This document shows positions 13,020 to 31,070 of a stretch of 64,000 nt of DNA, piece after piece. The translations under genes were made by a program, and so were the position numbers. This stretch comes from Eledone cirrhosa (lineage: Eukaryota): assembly GCA_964016885.1 (NCBI GenBank), contig OZ024740.1:155806001-155870000 (forward strand). The letters are read 5' to 3'. Position 1 is the first letter of the stretch. Each line of letters opens with the position of its first letter. The notes under the pieces are model-generated. The model had not been told where the DNA came from and searched no databases. It saw only the letters and a list, made by a program, of their open reading frames with translations.

Positions 13020-15256
13020 TTAACATTTCAAATACAAACCTCTCAGCCCAACAAGTAAAAATTCTCTCCAAAGGTCTGAAATTCACACCAACACCACAAT
13101 ATCCTAACCCCAACGAGATAAATGACGATATCTCACACTTCTGTAGAAAATTACGTCTCACAGAGGAATTCTTTGACAAGGAGAATAACGACGAATCAAT
13201 TGTACGGAATAAAAGCAGCTACAACCCAACAAAAGGTAGAAACAGAGTTCTGGACAAATTTTGTGACCACATAGCTACCTTCCCATACCATGAACTACCG
13301 CAACCTAAACCCAAACCCAACACAAGTCGAAGGGAATGGGAGATTATCCATGAACTAAAAAACAATCCGGACATTGTAATTAAGGAAGCGGACAAGGGAA
13401 GTACTGTTGTCATTATGGAGGCTGAAAAATATAAAAATTCTATGTTCTCTCTCTTACAAAATGCTAATTACTATGAAAGAGTAAAAAACTACCAGCAATC
13501 AAAAATAATGACCAAATTAAACACACTGATTTATCGATACCAGGAAGACCTAACTAAAAAGGAACGCGATTATTTAACAAATTTTGAATACAAAACCAGC
13601 AACCTTTACGGACTTCCGAAGATCCACAAATGTAAAATAATCAACGATGCCTGTAAACAATCCACCTCAGCCTGCGTGAACACACAATACCCCACAGACC
13701 TTAAATTAAGACCAATTGTAGCGGGCCCACAATGTGAAACACACAGATTGAGCAACTTTATAGACATACTACTGAAACCAATACTGAAACACATACCAAG
13801 CCTTGTAAGAGACGATCTGGACCTCTTAAACCACCTCCCCAAACATGTCAACAACGACACTATTATTGTGTCTTTCGATGTAGTGAATCTCTACACAACG
13901 ATCCCACACCAATACGGACTAGAAGCAATAGGATTCTGGCTAGAGAAATATCCCAATGAGATACCTGACAGAATAGAAAAAAGCTTCATCACCGAGGGAT
14001 TAAAATTCATCCTACAGAACAACTTTTTTGATTTCGATGGCAATACTTACAAGCAAATATCGGGGACTGCGATGGGCACAAAAGCCGCTCCAACTTATGC
14101 CAACTTAGTCATGGCATACTTAGAAGTCCAGATATATGAACAGTCCAAATCAAAATACGGATTGAACTTCCACAAATATTTATCAGAGAATTGGAAACGC
14201 TACTTGGATGATTGCCTCATTCTTTGGTCCCACACACTCGACCAACTGAAGGATTTCAAAAACTTAATAAACGGCATCAATAACCACATCCAATTCACAA
14301 TGGAATACAGCCAAGATCAACTCCCATTTCTGGACATCTTAATCACAAAAAAAGACACAAATATCGAAACTGACATACACTACAAACCAACAGATTCCAA
14401 ACAATATCTGCTATTCACCTCCAACCATCCAAAGCACACGAAGACGAACATTCCTTTTAACCTAGCAAGAAGAATTTGCACAATTGTCTCCAATTATGAA
14501 ACGCGAAATAAAAGACTTCAAGAATTAAAGGAAATTCTACTTGAGAGAGAGTACCCACTATTACTAATAAATAATGGAATAGAAAGGGCTAAAGCAATAG
14601 GCATTGATGAATTACGGAAACAGAAACAAATTCAAGGTACGTCCAATATTCTATCATATATCTCAACACACAACCCAAGAAATGTGGAAGCTTACAACAC
14701 TATTCACAATAACATCCCACTACTAAAACAAAACCCAAGAATGAAAAAAGCCCTTGAAACACACAAAATAATCAAAAGCAAAAGACAACCAAAATCACTG
14801 AAAACATTACTCACCAATGCCAAATTACCTACCACAAACCCACAACCAAGTATCAAAAAATGTGGTCGCTCTAATTGTGGAACCTGCACTCACCTCATTG
14901 AAGGCAACACGTATACATTTAAATCAGGACAAAATTTTACTGTAAAAAATCACTTCACTTGCTCATCAAAAAATCTAATTTATGCCATTAAATGTAAAGG
15001 ATGCAATGAAGATTATATAGGACAAACTAAACTCACACTCAGAAACAGAATGACAGTTCATCGCCAACAATTACGAGATCCAACCACGAGACAAATACCA
15101 CTAAGTGCACATCTAGACATTTGCGCAAGTAATAAGACACCCAAATTCCAAGTCTTCCCATTTTACCTTTGCGCTAACAATACAACAGAACAAATGCGAA
15201 TAAATAAGGAAAATATGTTTATTCAAAAATATAGACCAACATTAAATAAGGTTTAA
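12986..15256 (+). CDS. PLE-2 RT + GIY-YIG endonuclease (756 aa, no early ATG)
   Basis: LSKGLKFTP, KEADKG, LYGLPKIHK, LRPIV, SFDVVNLYT, GTAMG, RYLDD, PFLD, YKPTD, CGRSNCGTC, LIYAIKC..YIGQT, RMTVH, PTLN. Confidence 0.95.
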   Translation: MAQTDFEKPKIINISNTNLSAQQVKILSKGLKFTPTPQYPNPNEINDDISHFCRKLRLTEEFFDKENNDESIVRNKSSYNPTKGRNRVLDKFCDHIATFPYHELPQPKPKPNTSRREWEIIHELKNNPDIVIKEADKGSTVVIMEAEKYKNSMFSLLQNANYYERVKNYQQSKIMTKLNTLIYRYQEDLTKKERDYLTNFEYKTSNLYGLPKIHKCKIINDACKQSTSACVNTQYPTDLKLRPIVAGPQCETHRLSNFIDILLKPILKHIPSLVRDDLDLLNHLPKHVNNDTIIVSFDVVNLYTTIPHQYGLEAIGFWLEKYPNEIPDRIEKSFITEGLKFILQNNFFDFDGNTYKQISGTAMGTKAAPTYANLVMAYLEVQIYEQSKSKYGLNFHKYLSENWKRYLDDCLILWSHTLDQLKDFKNLINGINNHIQFTMEYSQDQLPFLDILITKKDTNIETDIHYKPTDSKQYLLFTSNHPKHTKTNIPFNLARRICTIVSNYETRNKRLQELKEILLEREYPLLLINNGIERAKAIGIDELRKQKQIQGTSNILSYISTHNPRNVEAYNTIHNNIPLLKQNPRMKKALETHKIIKSKRQPKSLKTLLTNAKLPTTNPQPSIKKCGRSNCGTCTHLIEGNTYTFKSGQNFTVKNHFTCSSKNLIYAIKCKGCNEDYIGQTKLTLRNRMTVHRQQLRDPTTRQIPLSAHLDICASNKTPKFQVFPFYLCANNTTEQMRINKENMFIQKYRPTLNKV

Positions 15257-15460
15257 TATACATTATGTCAACACCACAATATGACATACACACACACACA
15301 TAACACCTACTTTAGAAAATAAAAACCCGAACTAAATAAACCTTAAACATACGTTTGCACTGGCAATACAACAGCAAACACGAAAAAGTCAGGAAAATAT
15401 GTTCATTCAAAAATATTCCTACTAAAGGAATCGTTTTCCTACACACACACATACACACAC

Positions 15461-15515
<55 letters not shown>

Positions 15516-15773
15516 TCTTCATCTTAACATGCTAACCATACTCCCACACACACAACACCCATACACACACATAAAAACCCCCACACCTACAACACCCTCC
15601 CCATTTCTACTAATAGAACCACTTTCCTACACACATATATATATACACACACACAAAAAATATATATTCTCTCTATCTAACATACTCGCACACACACACA
15701 TAACACCCATATACACACACACACAACTCCCTCCCCCATCTCTACTAATAGAATCATCTTCCAATACACACAT

Positions 15774-15806
<33 letters not shown>

Positions 15807-16314
15807 AGCACACAAATAAACACATATCTTCAGTCTCAATAGAAAATCTGAACTCTGACACCTGAACTCTGACAGCTGGCCATATTCACTGAACCAGAAC
15901 ATTTCTCCCAATCCCTTTTCCCTTGACCACTATCTCTCCATTGTCATAACATTCACTATAGACTACAGAATAGTTTTCCAAATAAGGGCGCAAAAATGTA
16001 ATGAAAACTTGTTCACGTGACAGCCAAATTTCATTTATAACCAACCAAAAAAAGCCTTCGTGAGCCTCATTTTTTCAAGTAAAAAGAAATTCAAACACTC
16101 ATATATGAAAAAACAACCTGTGACAACCCCCCCCTCTCTTATTTGAAGAACTATTGTAACGCGAACTGGCGCGAAATTTATTATAATTATTGACAAACCA
16201 ATCAAATTACTTCTCGAAAAACCTGGTTTTCGAGCCAGTTTTTCCATATAAAACAAGTAACATTTAGAGACCAACCAGATGTGAGAAAAACCACAGACCC
16301 TCCATCTCAACTCA

Positions 16315-16352
16315 CCTTTTGAAAAGCAGAAGAACTGCGAAACCGGTAAAGG
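16315..16352 (+). ncRNA. U3-A8 minimal hammerhead, PLE-2 3' pLTR
   Basis: cctt-TTGAAAA-gcag-aagaa-ctgc-GAAA-ccgg-TA-aagg. Palindromic stem III ACCGGT. Confidence 0.75.
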
Positions 16353-16433
16353 AACCAAAAGGAACCAAATAAATATATATATTTAAAAAAAAATAAGACT
16401 TCAGTTGCATTTTCGATTTCATCCCTTTTTCTT

Positions 16434-16519
<86 letters not shown>

Positions 16520-16526
16520 GATATAT

Positions 16527-16641
<115 letters not shown>

Positions 16642-16676
16642 TATATAAATATACATATACATATATATATATATAC

Positions 16677-16721
<45 letters not shown>

Positions 16722-16723
16722 CA

Positions 16724-16919
<196 letters not shown>

Positions 16920-16924
16920 CACAC

Positions 16925-16989
<65 letters not shown>

Positions 16990-17751
16990 AAAACAAATAA
17001 CGAAACGAAATTAAATTTCGTTTCGTTTGTAACTCACTTTTGTATGACTGACGCTTAAACAATTAAGTTAAAAATGTACATCCACATATGTATACTGAAA
17101 TACTAGTATGCATATGAATACACACACGTGTACATTTGTAGATGTACCGAGTTTTTCACTGGACACTTTACTGTGAGTGTTCAGCTATTCTGTATGTAAA
17201 CACACAGACAAACCGGTTTTTAGAGTCATACTGGTTTTTGAGGAAACACCTTTCCTCTATTCTCCAGAAAGCCAGGCAGGAATATTGGACTAGTTTCGAT
17301 GTTGTTACATCTCATCAGCAATATTTACCTATCCCCCGGCCTTTCTAGAGAATAGAGGAAAGGTGTTTCCTCAAAAACCAGTATGACTCTAAAAACCGGT
17401 TTGTCTGTGTGTTTACATACAGAATAGCTGAACACTCACAGTAAAGTGTCCAGTGAAAAACTCGGTACATCTACATATGTACACGTGTGTGTATTCATAT
17501 GCATACTAGTATTTCAGTATACATATGTGGATGTACATTTTTAACTTAATTGTTTAAGCGTCAGTCATACAAAAGTGAGTTACAAACGAAACGAAATTTA
17601 ATTTCGTTTCGTTATTTGTTTTTATCGTCTCCGCTGAACCGGTACGTACTCACGCTCTATGCAAGTTAGTCTGCCCACTACTAATTTTCATAGAAAAAGC
17701 ATATAACGATATGTGCTTTTACGATTCTCTAGAAAGGCCGGGGGATATGTA

Positions 17752-17796
17752 AATATTGCTGATGAGATGTAACAACATCGAAACTAGTCCAATATT
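17752..17796 (+). ncRNA. Canonical type I hammerhead (GUC), family A
   Basis: aatattg-CTGATGA-gatgt-aaca-acatc-GAAA-ctag-TC-caatatt. Confidence 0.93.
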
Positions 17797-18216
17797 CCTG
17801 CCTGGCTTTCTGGAGAATAGAGGAAAGGTGTTTCCTCAAAAACCAGTATGACTCTAAAAAGCGGTTTGTCTGTGTGTTTACATACAGAATAGCTGAACAC
17901 TCACAGTAAAGTGTCCAGTGAAAAACTCGGTACATCTACATATGTACACGTGTGTGTATTCATATGCATACTAGTATTTCGGTATACATATGTGGATGTA
18001 CATTTTTAACTTAATTGTTTAAGCGTCAGTCATACAAAAGTGAGTTACAAACGAAACGAAATTTAATTTCGTTTCGTTATTTGTTTTTATCGTCTCCACT
18101 GAACCGGTACGTACTCACGCTCTATGCAAGTTAGTCTGCCCACTACTAATTTTCATAGAAAAAGCATATAACGATATGTGCTTTTACGATTCTCTAGAAA
18201 GGCCGGGGGATAGGTA

Positions 18217-18261
18217 AATATTGCTGATGAGATGTAACAACATCGAAACTAGTCCAATATT
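18217..18261 (+). ncRNA. Canonical type I hammerhead (GUC), family A second unit
   Basis: Identical to 17752-17796. Confidence 0.93.
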
Positions 18262-18478
18262 CCTGCCTGGCTTTCTGGAGAATAGAGGAAAGGTGTTTCC
18301 TCAAAAACCAGTATGACTCTAAAAAGCGGTTTGTCTGTGTGTTTACATACAGAATAGCTGAACACTCACAGTAAAGTGTCCAGTGAAAAACTCGGTACAT
18401 CTACATATGTACACGTGTGTGTATTCATATGCATACTAGTATTTCGGTATACATATGTGGATGTACATTTTTAACTTA

Positions 18479-21688
<3,210 letters not shown>

Positions 21689-22009
21689 ACAGTGGCAGAT
21701 TCTAAAGAATCAATCACGTGACACTGAGGTTAATCAGTTAGGAGCGGGGTGGTATTATGACAAGAGCCTACTACTACCATGAATCAGCAGTAAATTTTGG
21801 CAAGTTTTGCTCAACCACCCCGCCCCTAACTGATTAACCTCAGTGTCACGTGATTGATTCTTTAGAATCTTCCACTGACCAGAGGCAGTGATTTTTTTCA
21901 GTGCTCCTGAATTTAGTCCTCGCTAGCCTTATTCCATCCACTAAATTATTTTTATTTTTATATGAGTTCCTAGTGTCCACGCATCGCCTGGGAACTTAGC
22001 TGAGAATAG

Positions 22010-22091
22010 ACTCCCTGATGACATATGGAATTCTCTATAGTTATATTATGTAACTATATTTATCCCCATACAGAAACTAATTAGTTGGAGT
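22010..22091 (+). ncRNA. Hammerhead (GUU, long stem II), family B
   Basis: actcc-CTGATGA-catatgg..tatagttatat/atgtaactata..ccataca-GAAA-ctaattag-TT-ggagt. Confidence 0.85.
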
Positions 22092-22543
22092 GAAAATTTT
22101 AGTAAGTTGATTTTTAATTTTTAAAATTTTCTTATTTTACGTCTTTCATATAATTGTTCTGCATCCCCCTGCATAGAACCACAAAGGTACTAAGACATAA
22201 CATATATATTTGCTAGCATAGGTGAACATCTGTACACATATGTTGGTAAATGTACTAATTCTCTATATTTATCTCCAAATTATTTGTTGAGCAAAACTTG
22301 CCAAAATTTACTGCTGATTCATGGTAGTAGTAGGCTCTTGTCATAATACCACCCCGCTCCTAACTGATTAACCTCAGTGTCACGTGATTGATTCTTTAGA
22401 ATCTGCCACTGACCAGAGGCAGTGAATTTTTTCAGTGCTCCGGAATTTAGTCCTCGCTAGCCTTATTCCATCCACTGAATTATTATTATTTTTATATGAG
22501 TTCCTAGTGTCCGCGCATCGGCTGGGAACTTAGCTGAGAATAG

Positions 22544-22625
22544 ACTCCCTGATGACGTATGGAATTCTCTATAGTTATATTATGTAACTATATTTATCCC
22601 CATACAGAAACTAATTAGTTGGAGT
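22544..22625 (+). ncRNA. Hammerhead, family B second unit
   Basis: Same motif as 22010; stem II base gtatgg/ccatac pairs fully. Confidence 0.87.
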
Positions 22626-22718
22626 GAAAATTTTAGTAAGTAAGTTGATTTTTAATTTTTAAAATTTTCTTATTTTACGTCTTTCATATAATTGTTCTGC
22701 ATCCCCCTGCATAGAACC

Positions 22719-22899
<181 letters not shown>

Positions 22900-22900
22900 C

Positions 22901-23644
<744 letters not shown>

Positions 23645-23646
23645 GT

Positions 23647-24425
23647 AGATCGCAACTTTTCGATCGTACGGTTGATTATAGACTTGTTCTATGTGTGACG
23701 GTATTTTAACGATAGTTATAGCTCTGATTTATCTAAATTATGGAGCCCTCTGCCGCTCATATCGAATTTTGTTTATCGTGAACTCGTGCGCCGATTTTTC
23801 GATACTCGATTATTCTACTATATTTAGCTCTAGACCTAGCTATTGACCAGTTAATTTTATTGTTCATTTTTTGTCGATTCTATTAAATGATGAATAGCTC
23901 CTGTTTATTTTAACATGTCTATTGAGCACTCTTATTCGATATGTGTATTTCCACATTTTCCCGAATATTTTTCGCGGATATAGAGGTTATCTCCCTTGCC
24001 GAATTCCATGTGCGTATTTAGCCTGGGTTATGCCTTTTCATTCGTTTGGACAAAGCTCGTTGAGGAAGTAAATTTCCTGTCCGTTGGTATCTAGAAGTCT
24101 TATATATTTTTATGTGAGCTGATAGAGAACAGTTTAAGGATTTACAGAAACCCAAGAAGCTAGATTTAACATCTTTCTAGCGGGTCCGGGTATGCTTTTT
24201 ACATTCATTTGATTTATTGATTTATTGATTTTTTATCTGAGTGTCCCGAATCTTCCAGATCGCAACTTTTCGATCGTACGGTTGATTATAGACTTGTTCT
24301 ATGTGTGACGGTATTTTAACGATAGTTATAGCTCTGATTTATCTAAATTATGGAGCCCTCTGCCGCTCATATCGAATTTTGTTTATCGTGAACTCGTGCG
24401 CCGATTTTTCGATACTCGATTATTC

Positions 24426-24430
<5 letters not shown>
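23647..24430 (+). mobile_element. Retrozyme-like family C: 610-bp unit plus 174-bp terminal direct repeat
   Basis: 23647-23820 is repeated at 24257-24430. Non-coding; (TA)n flanks. Confidence 0.8.
24055..24191 (+). ncRNA. Variant hammerhead (U3-G8, large stem II/III inserts, GUC)
   Basis: gctcg-TTGAGGA-agtaaattt..ggatttaca-GAAA-ccc..gctaga/tctagc-ggg-TC-cgggt. Same architecture as 7897-8033. Confidence 0.68.
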
Positions 24431-24519
<89 letters not shown>

Positions 24520-24521
24520 GC

Positions 24522-24588
<67 letters not shown>

Positions 24589-24589
<1 letters not shown>

Positions 24590-27500
24590 TTGCCACAGCC
24601 TATCACGCGCACGCGCATTCTTTCCCTCGTTTGAATTTTCCCCATAACGGCATTCCTATGTTTTAACGACAATACAACTTTCTCCGGCTTAGCCTGTTCC
24701 CCCCCTTTTGGAACTTTCCCCCCGTTGATGGGCGTGAGCCCGAAATATTGGGATTAAATCTCCACTACGGTAACCCTTCTACCTTTGTTTTGTTTTCATT
24801 TTCATTTTCACTTTTCTCCTATTTCTCACTCACTTCTTACCTCGAGATTTCCCATCTGCATTGTTGTGGCTTTCTAAACTACATATTTTACACATTTTAC
24901 AATGCTTCAAGCAAACTTTAACACCTTCTTATCATTACACCTGAGCCAGGACTTGTTTGCACCCATAAGGGACCTATTCAGACTATCGGAGAATCGTGCC
25001 AAACTCGGTTGCCAAATTACCTTCTTAAAACGCTGCCTAAAGAACAACATCATTACAACCACCATCAGGAATATACATTTACCCGAATGTTTACGATTAC
25101 CATCCTTCGAAAACACCATCCGCCACATTCAACGCACGTTTATCAAGAAAATACTACGACATAACCACCATCAACTGCGACTCCATATACAAACGCTCTC
25201 CGAGCACATAGATCGTATAGCTCCAACCCTCACCCCTGACCACCAGGTCCAGAAAATACGCGAAGCTATCGATCAGTGTTACCACACCAGAGTCAAATAC
25301 GATAAACAGCGCCTTATACGGAAATACGAATGGACTGTAAACAAATACTACAATGACAACATCCGCTCCCACAGACGGACCGACTACAACCACACCAGGG
25401 GCAACAGCGATACAACACCCTCCGCTATACCCCCAACAGCGATCTACCTACCAACGATGCTTCACACCTCGTTACCGACCTAACCGGTACCCTCACCAAC
25501 GACGAACTCGAACTCCTGCGCCTCGGACCCAAGTTCATCATTACACAGCGTCTCGATGATAGACTGAAACTCGACATCGAAACCAACTTCTGTCGGACAG
25601 CGTATCAATTGAAATGGCTAACCGCCATCCAAAACAACACCGAGATCGATTACAACCCCACAACCCACCCCACACTCCCCACGTACCACCTCGACAACCC
25701 ACTCCACCCCCCACCCACCAACCACGAACTTGACACTAAACTACTCAGGTTGAAACATTCTATCTCTAACATCCTTTCCCAACACACACACACACACACA
25801 CAATAAACGCAACCTCACCAATGCACAATTTAATACTCTCACCAACCTAAGATCCAGGAACCTTGTTTACCTTCCCTCTGACAAGGGGAAAGAATTCTGT
25901 GTCATCTCGAGAGAGACCTACAACAACTTAGCTCTCCAACATCTTAATGACGACAGCCTCTACTTGAAAGTCACAGGGACCTCCTCGACTCTAATCGAGG
26001 AAGGCATTAACACCATATGGACTAACATCTGTGTCCAACGAAAACTGCCAAAGAAGGTAAAAAACAACATAATGACTCGAAACAGCAAACTACCCACCTT
26101 CTACCACCTGGTGAAAACCCATAAACAAGGACCCGATTTGAAAATCAGGCCCATTGTCTCTAGCGTGGTGGGCCCACTTTACAAAATATCGTGGCTGCTC
26201 TCCACACTACTGAAACCCATTCTACACACACTACCAGCCCACGTCTGCAGCTCAAAGGAGGTCTTGGAGCGACTACACCATCTGGCGCTCAACACCAGAA
26301 AGGACAACGGATATGCCTTCAGCCTTGATGTGGTCGCCCTTTATACCTCCGTACTAGCATCCCCAGCCGTCGACCTGTTGACAGAACGAGTCCGAGCATC
26401 TAACTTACACTGCTTCGGACTCACACACACGGACATCCACCAACTCCTCCCCTTCGTTGTGGATAATGCTTTCTTCAATTTCCTCGGCCACACGTACAAA
26501 CAGATCTCTGGGCTACCTATGGGCTCTAGTCTGTCCGGCATACTTGCGATCTCGTACATGGACCACCTGGAACGCAAGGCACTCAACACATGCCAACCCA
26601 ACGCCGTCGCCTTCTACTCCAGATACGTCGATGACATACTGATACTCACTTCTTCCCGGGAGATGGCGAATGAAATTCACCAAATCTTCAACGACACTGA
26701 CCATCACGTCGATTTCACCATCGAACACCCTGGAGAAGACGGGTCACTCGCCCTCCTCGACTTCCGTATCAACATCTCGGAAGAAGGAGACATAAACACC
26801 ACCTTCTACCGCAAGGCCCCGTGCAAGGACTTATTTGTGCATTACAACTCAGCCCTCCCCAACAACGCTAAGAGAGGCTATGTCCTAAATGAACTTACAC
26901 GGATCACTAATAGATGCAGCGACCCGATGGGTGGTCTCACCCATACCACGCAATTCCGTAATCTACTCAAGTCTAATGGATATCCCAAGCGACTGATTAA
27001 CGGAATTAGAGACCCCAGACCCAATAGACAGACACCCACTAGAAACTTAGATAAAAGCAGGTGTTTCTTTAAAATCCCTCACCTGAGTGAATATACCACG
27101 AACGCCATCCGCAGGGCCATACGGAGGGAGGGACTTGACATACATTTGGCCCACACAGGACCTTCGCTCCGAAGATGCCTCTCCAACAAACCCGACGAGT
27201 CAGATGTGACGTGTTCCCTCAGCAACTGCCCGATACGGGGGGCAGATTGCCTACGCACCTATGTCGTATATAAGATTCAATGCGATAAATGTAACAAGTT
27301 CTACATAGGTAGCACCATCCGACCCCTACATGTTCGTATCAAGGAACATGTCAACACCAACGCATCTTCCTTCCGTAAACACATCCTTAAATGCGGAAAC
27401 CCACAGGGCAGACCCTTGGTCACAGTCCTAGCGACTGAACGCAGCATCGGATCCTTAAGGATAAAGGAAGCACTTGTTATTAAGAACCTCAGACCCCCAC

Positions 27501-28205
27501 TTAACAACCGGGCTGAGAGAAATGAGCTGACATGGCTAATTTAACCATAGTGACCAGTAACAGCCCCTACGGCCTACTATCTTTCACACACACGCACTTA
27601 TATGTATACCCATACACATACACACACACACACATCTATATTCATACACGCACACATGTTTATACAACCTACCACCTTTCACACTCTTTGTTTTCCAGCT
27701 TCTACGGCCCACTATCTTTCACACACACACACTCACATACATACACACATACACATATACACACACAGTTACACACACATATATATTTACACACACATAT
27801 TTTACGGCTTTCACACGCTAGCGCACCCTATTGATTTAACCCAATTGGTCAGTAGCTTTTGCCACAGCCTATCACGCGCACGCGCATTCTTTCCCTCGTT
27901 TGAATTTTCCCCATAACGGCATTCCTATGTTTTAACGACAATACAACTTTCTCCGGCTTAGCCGGTTCCCCCCTTTTGGAACTTTCCCCCGTTGATGGGC
28001 GTGAGCCCGAAATATTGGGATTAAATCTCCACTACGGTAACCCTTCTACCTTTGTTTTGTTTTCATTTTCACTTTTGTTTTCATTTTCACTTTTCTCCTA
28101 TTTCTCACTCACTTCTTACCTCGAGATTTCCCATCTGCATTGTTGTGGCTTTCTAAACTACATATTTTACACATTTCACAATGCTTCAAGCAAACTTTAA
28201 CACCC
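24589..28205 (+). mobile_element. PLE-4 (YVDD; Nematis/Poseidon-like, clade tentative) with ~340-bp direct pLTRs
   Basis: 24589-24925 is repeated at 27858-28205, including the ORF start [11 protein letters not shown]-like motif (CCGTTGA-t-gggc/gccc-GAAA-ta-TT) at 24717-24753 and 27985-28020. Confidence 0.9.
24902..27544 (+). pseudogene. PLE-4 RT/GIY-YIG ORF, frameshifted at ~25430 and at the (CA)n near 25790
   Basis: FLKRC, LRLGPKF, PSDKG, FYHLVKTHK, IRPIV, SLDVVALYT, GLPMGS, RYVDD, VVYKIQC..YIGST, IKEAL, PPLN. Confidence 0.9.
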
Positions 28206-28224
28206 TCTTATATGTATATATGTA

Positions 28225-28396
<172 letters not shown>

Positions 28397-28399
28397 TAC

Positions 28400-28576
<177 letters not shown>

Positions 28577-28577
28577 C

Positions 28578-28637
<60 letters not shown>

Positions 28638-28640
<3 letters not shown>

Positions 28641-28850
28641 CAAGTTAATATAAATTAATATATGATAAACACCTAAGTGTTTGTATTGTAAAAGACAATA
28701 TGAGTTTGTGTATATTGATTTATTATTTTTTAAATCGATACAGGCAGGCTATATTTATTTGAATTAGTTTGTTTCATTCTAGCTAACTTTTGTCTTTTAC
28801 AATACACACACTTAGGTGTTTATCATATATTAATTTATATTAACTTGTAT
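28638..28850. repeat. ~60-bp-arm inverted repeat (fold-back fragment)
   Basis: 28638-28698 is the reverse complement of ~28790-28850. Confidence 0.8.
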
Positions 28851-28953
28851 TGCACGGCTCAGAAATGCTTCTTTCTTTGAGCTAATTAATTGTAAATGAC
28901 CCTTTGAGTGTATACTCTAAATATAATATATATATACATATATATATATATAC

Positions 28954-29930
<977 letters not shown>

Positions 29931-30446
29931 GAGAGATGGTGGCAGGAGGGATGAAGAAAACACACACACTGGATACTTCTAAATTGTTAGCAGCAGCAAG
30001 ATATAAGCTGACCACAACACCAACAACACTACCAAAATAATGGTAGAGGTCAAATGTACTTAACAATAGCAAACAAAAACACTACAGGGAGCCTTACCCC
30101 AGAAAGAATTCTATAGACTTCTGACTGAGGAATGCTCTCAGAACTGACCAATGGGAAGTTTGACACTTTTTTTGTTATTTTGTTTCTTTAACACCTTGCC
30201 CTTCTACCATTTTATCAATTTTTTAAGGTAACTCCAACAATAACAACACTTAGAATGAGGAATATTCTAATAACTGACCAATGAGAGGAGAAGAGGACCT
30301 TTGACACTGAAATTCGTTTGTTTGAATTCATATGATTGCAGTTCCTCAGTGAAATAACAACCCAACCAGGAACTGGGCATATCAGAGTATTGACAATATT
30401 ATACACCTCAACAACATATGTACTTGTCTATACCATACTAATTCAA

Positions 30447-30501
30447 ACTGCCTGAAGAGGTCACAGCCAAAGATGGCTGTCACTGAAATATATATAGCAG
30501 T
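30447..30501 (+). ncRNA. Hammerhead in solo pLTR-like fragment (~29930-30650)
   Basis: actgc-CTGAAGA-ggtcacagcca-aaga-tggctgtcact-GAAA-tatata-TA-gcagt. Confidence 0.88.
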
Positions 30502-30643
30502 AATAAACGAAACTAAATTTTAATCATTTGACTTTTTATTTAACTTTATTTTACACTACTCCGGAGTAACCAAACCAACCTGCGCACTTCGTCGAGTGCT
30601 CCAGCCTGCATACTGAGGTGTTGGTATACAACCAACATAAACT

Positions 30644-30858
<215 letters not shown>

Positions 30859-30886
30859 TGTATACATATATATATATATATCTATC

Positions 30887-30941
<55 letters not shown>

Positions 30942-31070
30942 GTATATATATGTATATATATGTATATGTATATGTATATGTAAATGTATATGTATATGTA
31001 TATATATGTATATGTATATGTATATATATGTATATATATATATACATATTATTATTATTATTATTATTAC

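Larger units (their letters stand above)
10371..16435 (+). mobile_element. PLE-2, apparently intact Neptune-type PLE with inverted 5' copy of its 3' UTR/pLTR
   Basis: 10371-11526 is the reverse complement of 15359-16435 plus ~65 nt of pLTR. Forward pLTR 11522-11785 matches 16234-16435. GCCAGT microhomology at the junction; (TA)n on both sides. Confidence 0.93.

Noticed and set aside
16138-16190. Second HHR in the PLE-2 UTR (TTGAAGA..GAAA)
   Set aside because: Stem II does not start next to the core and stem III is not supported.
17142-18400. Repeated 68-aa ORF MYRVFHWTLY..
   Set aside because: It is antisense to the HHR strand of family A, and its start and frame are not conserved in the 8696 and 23086 copies.
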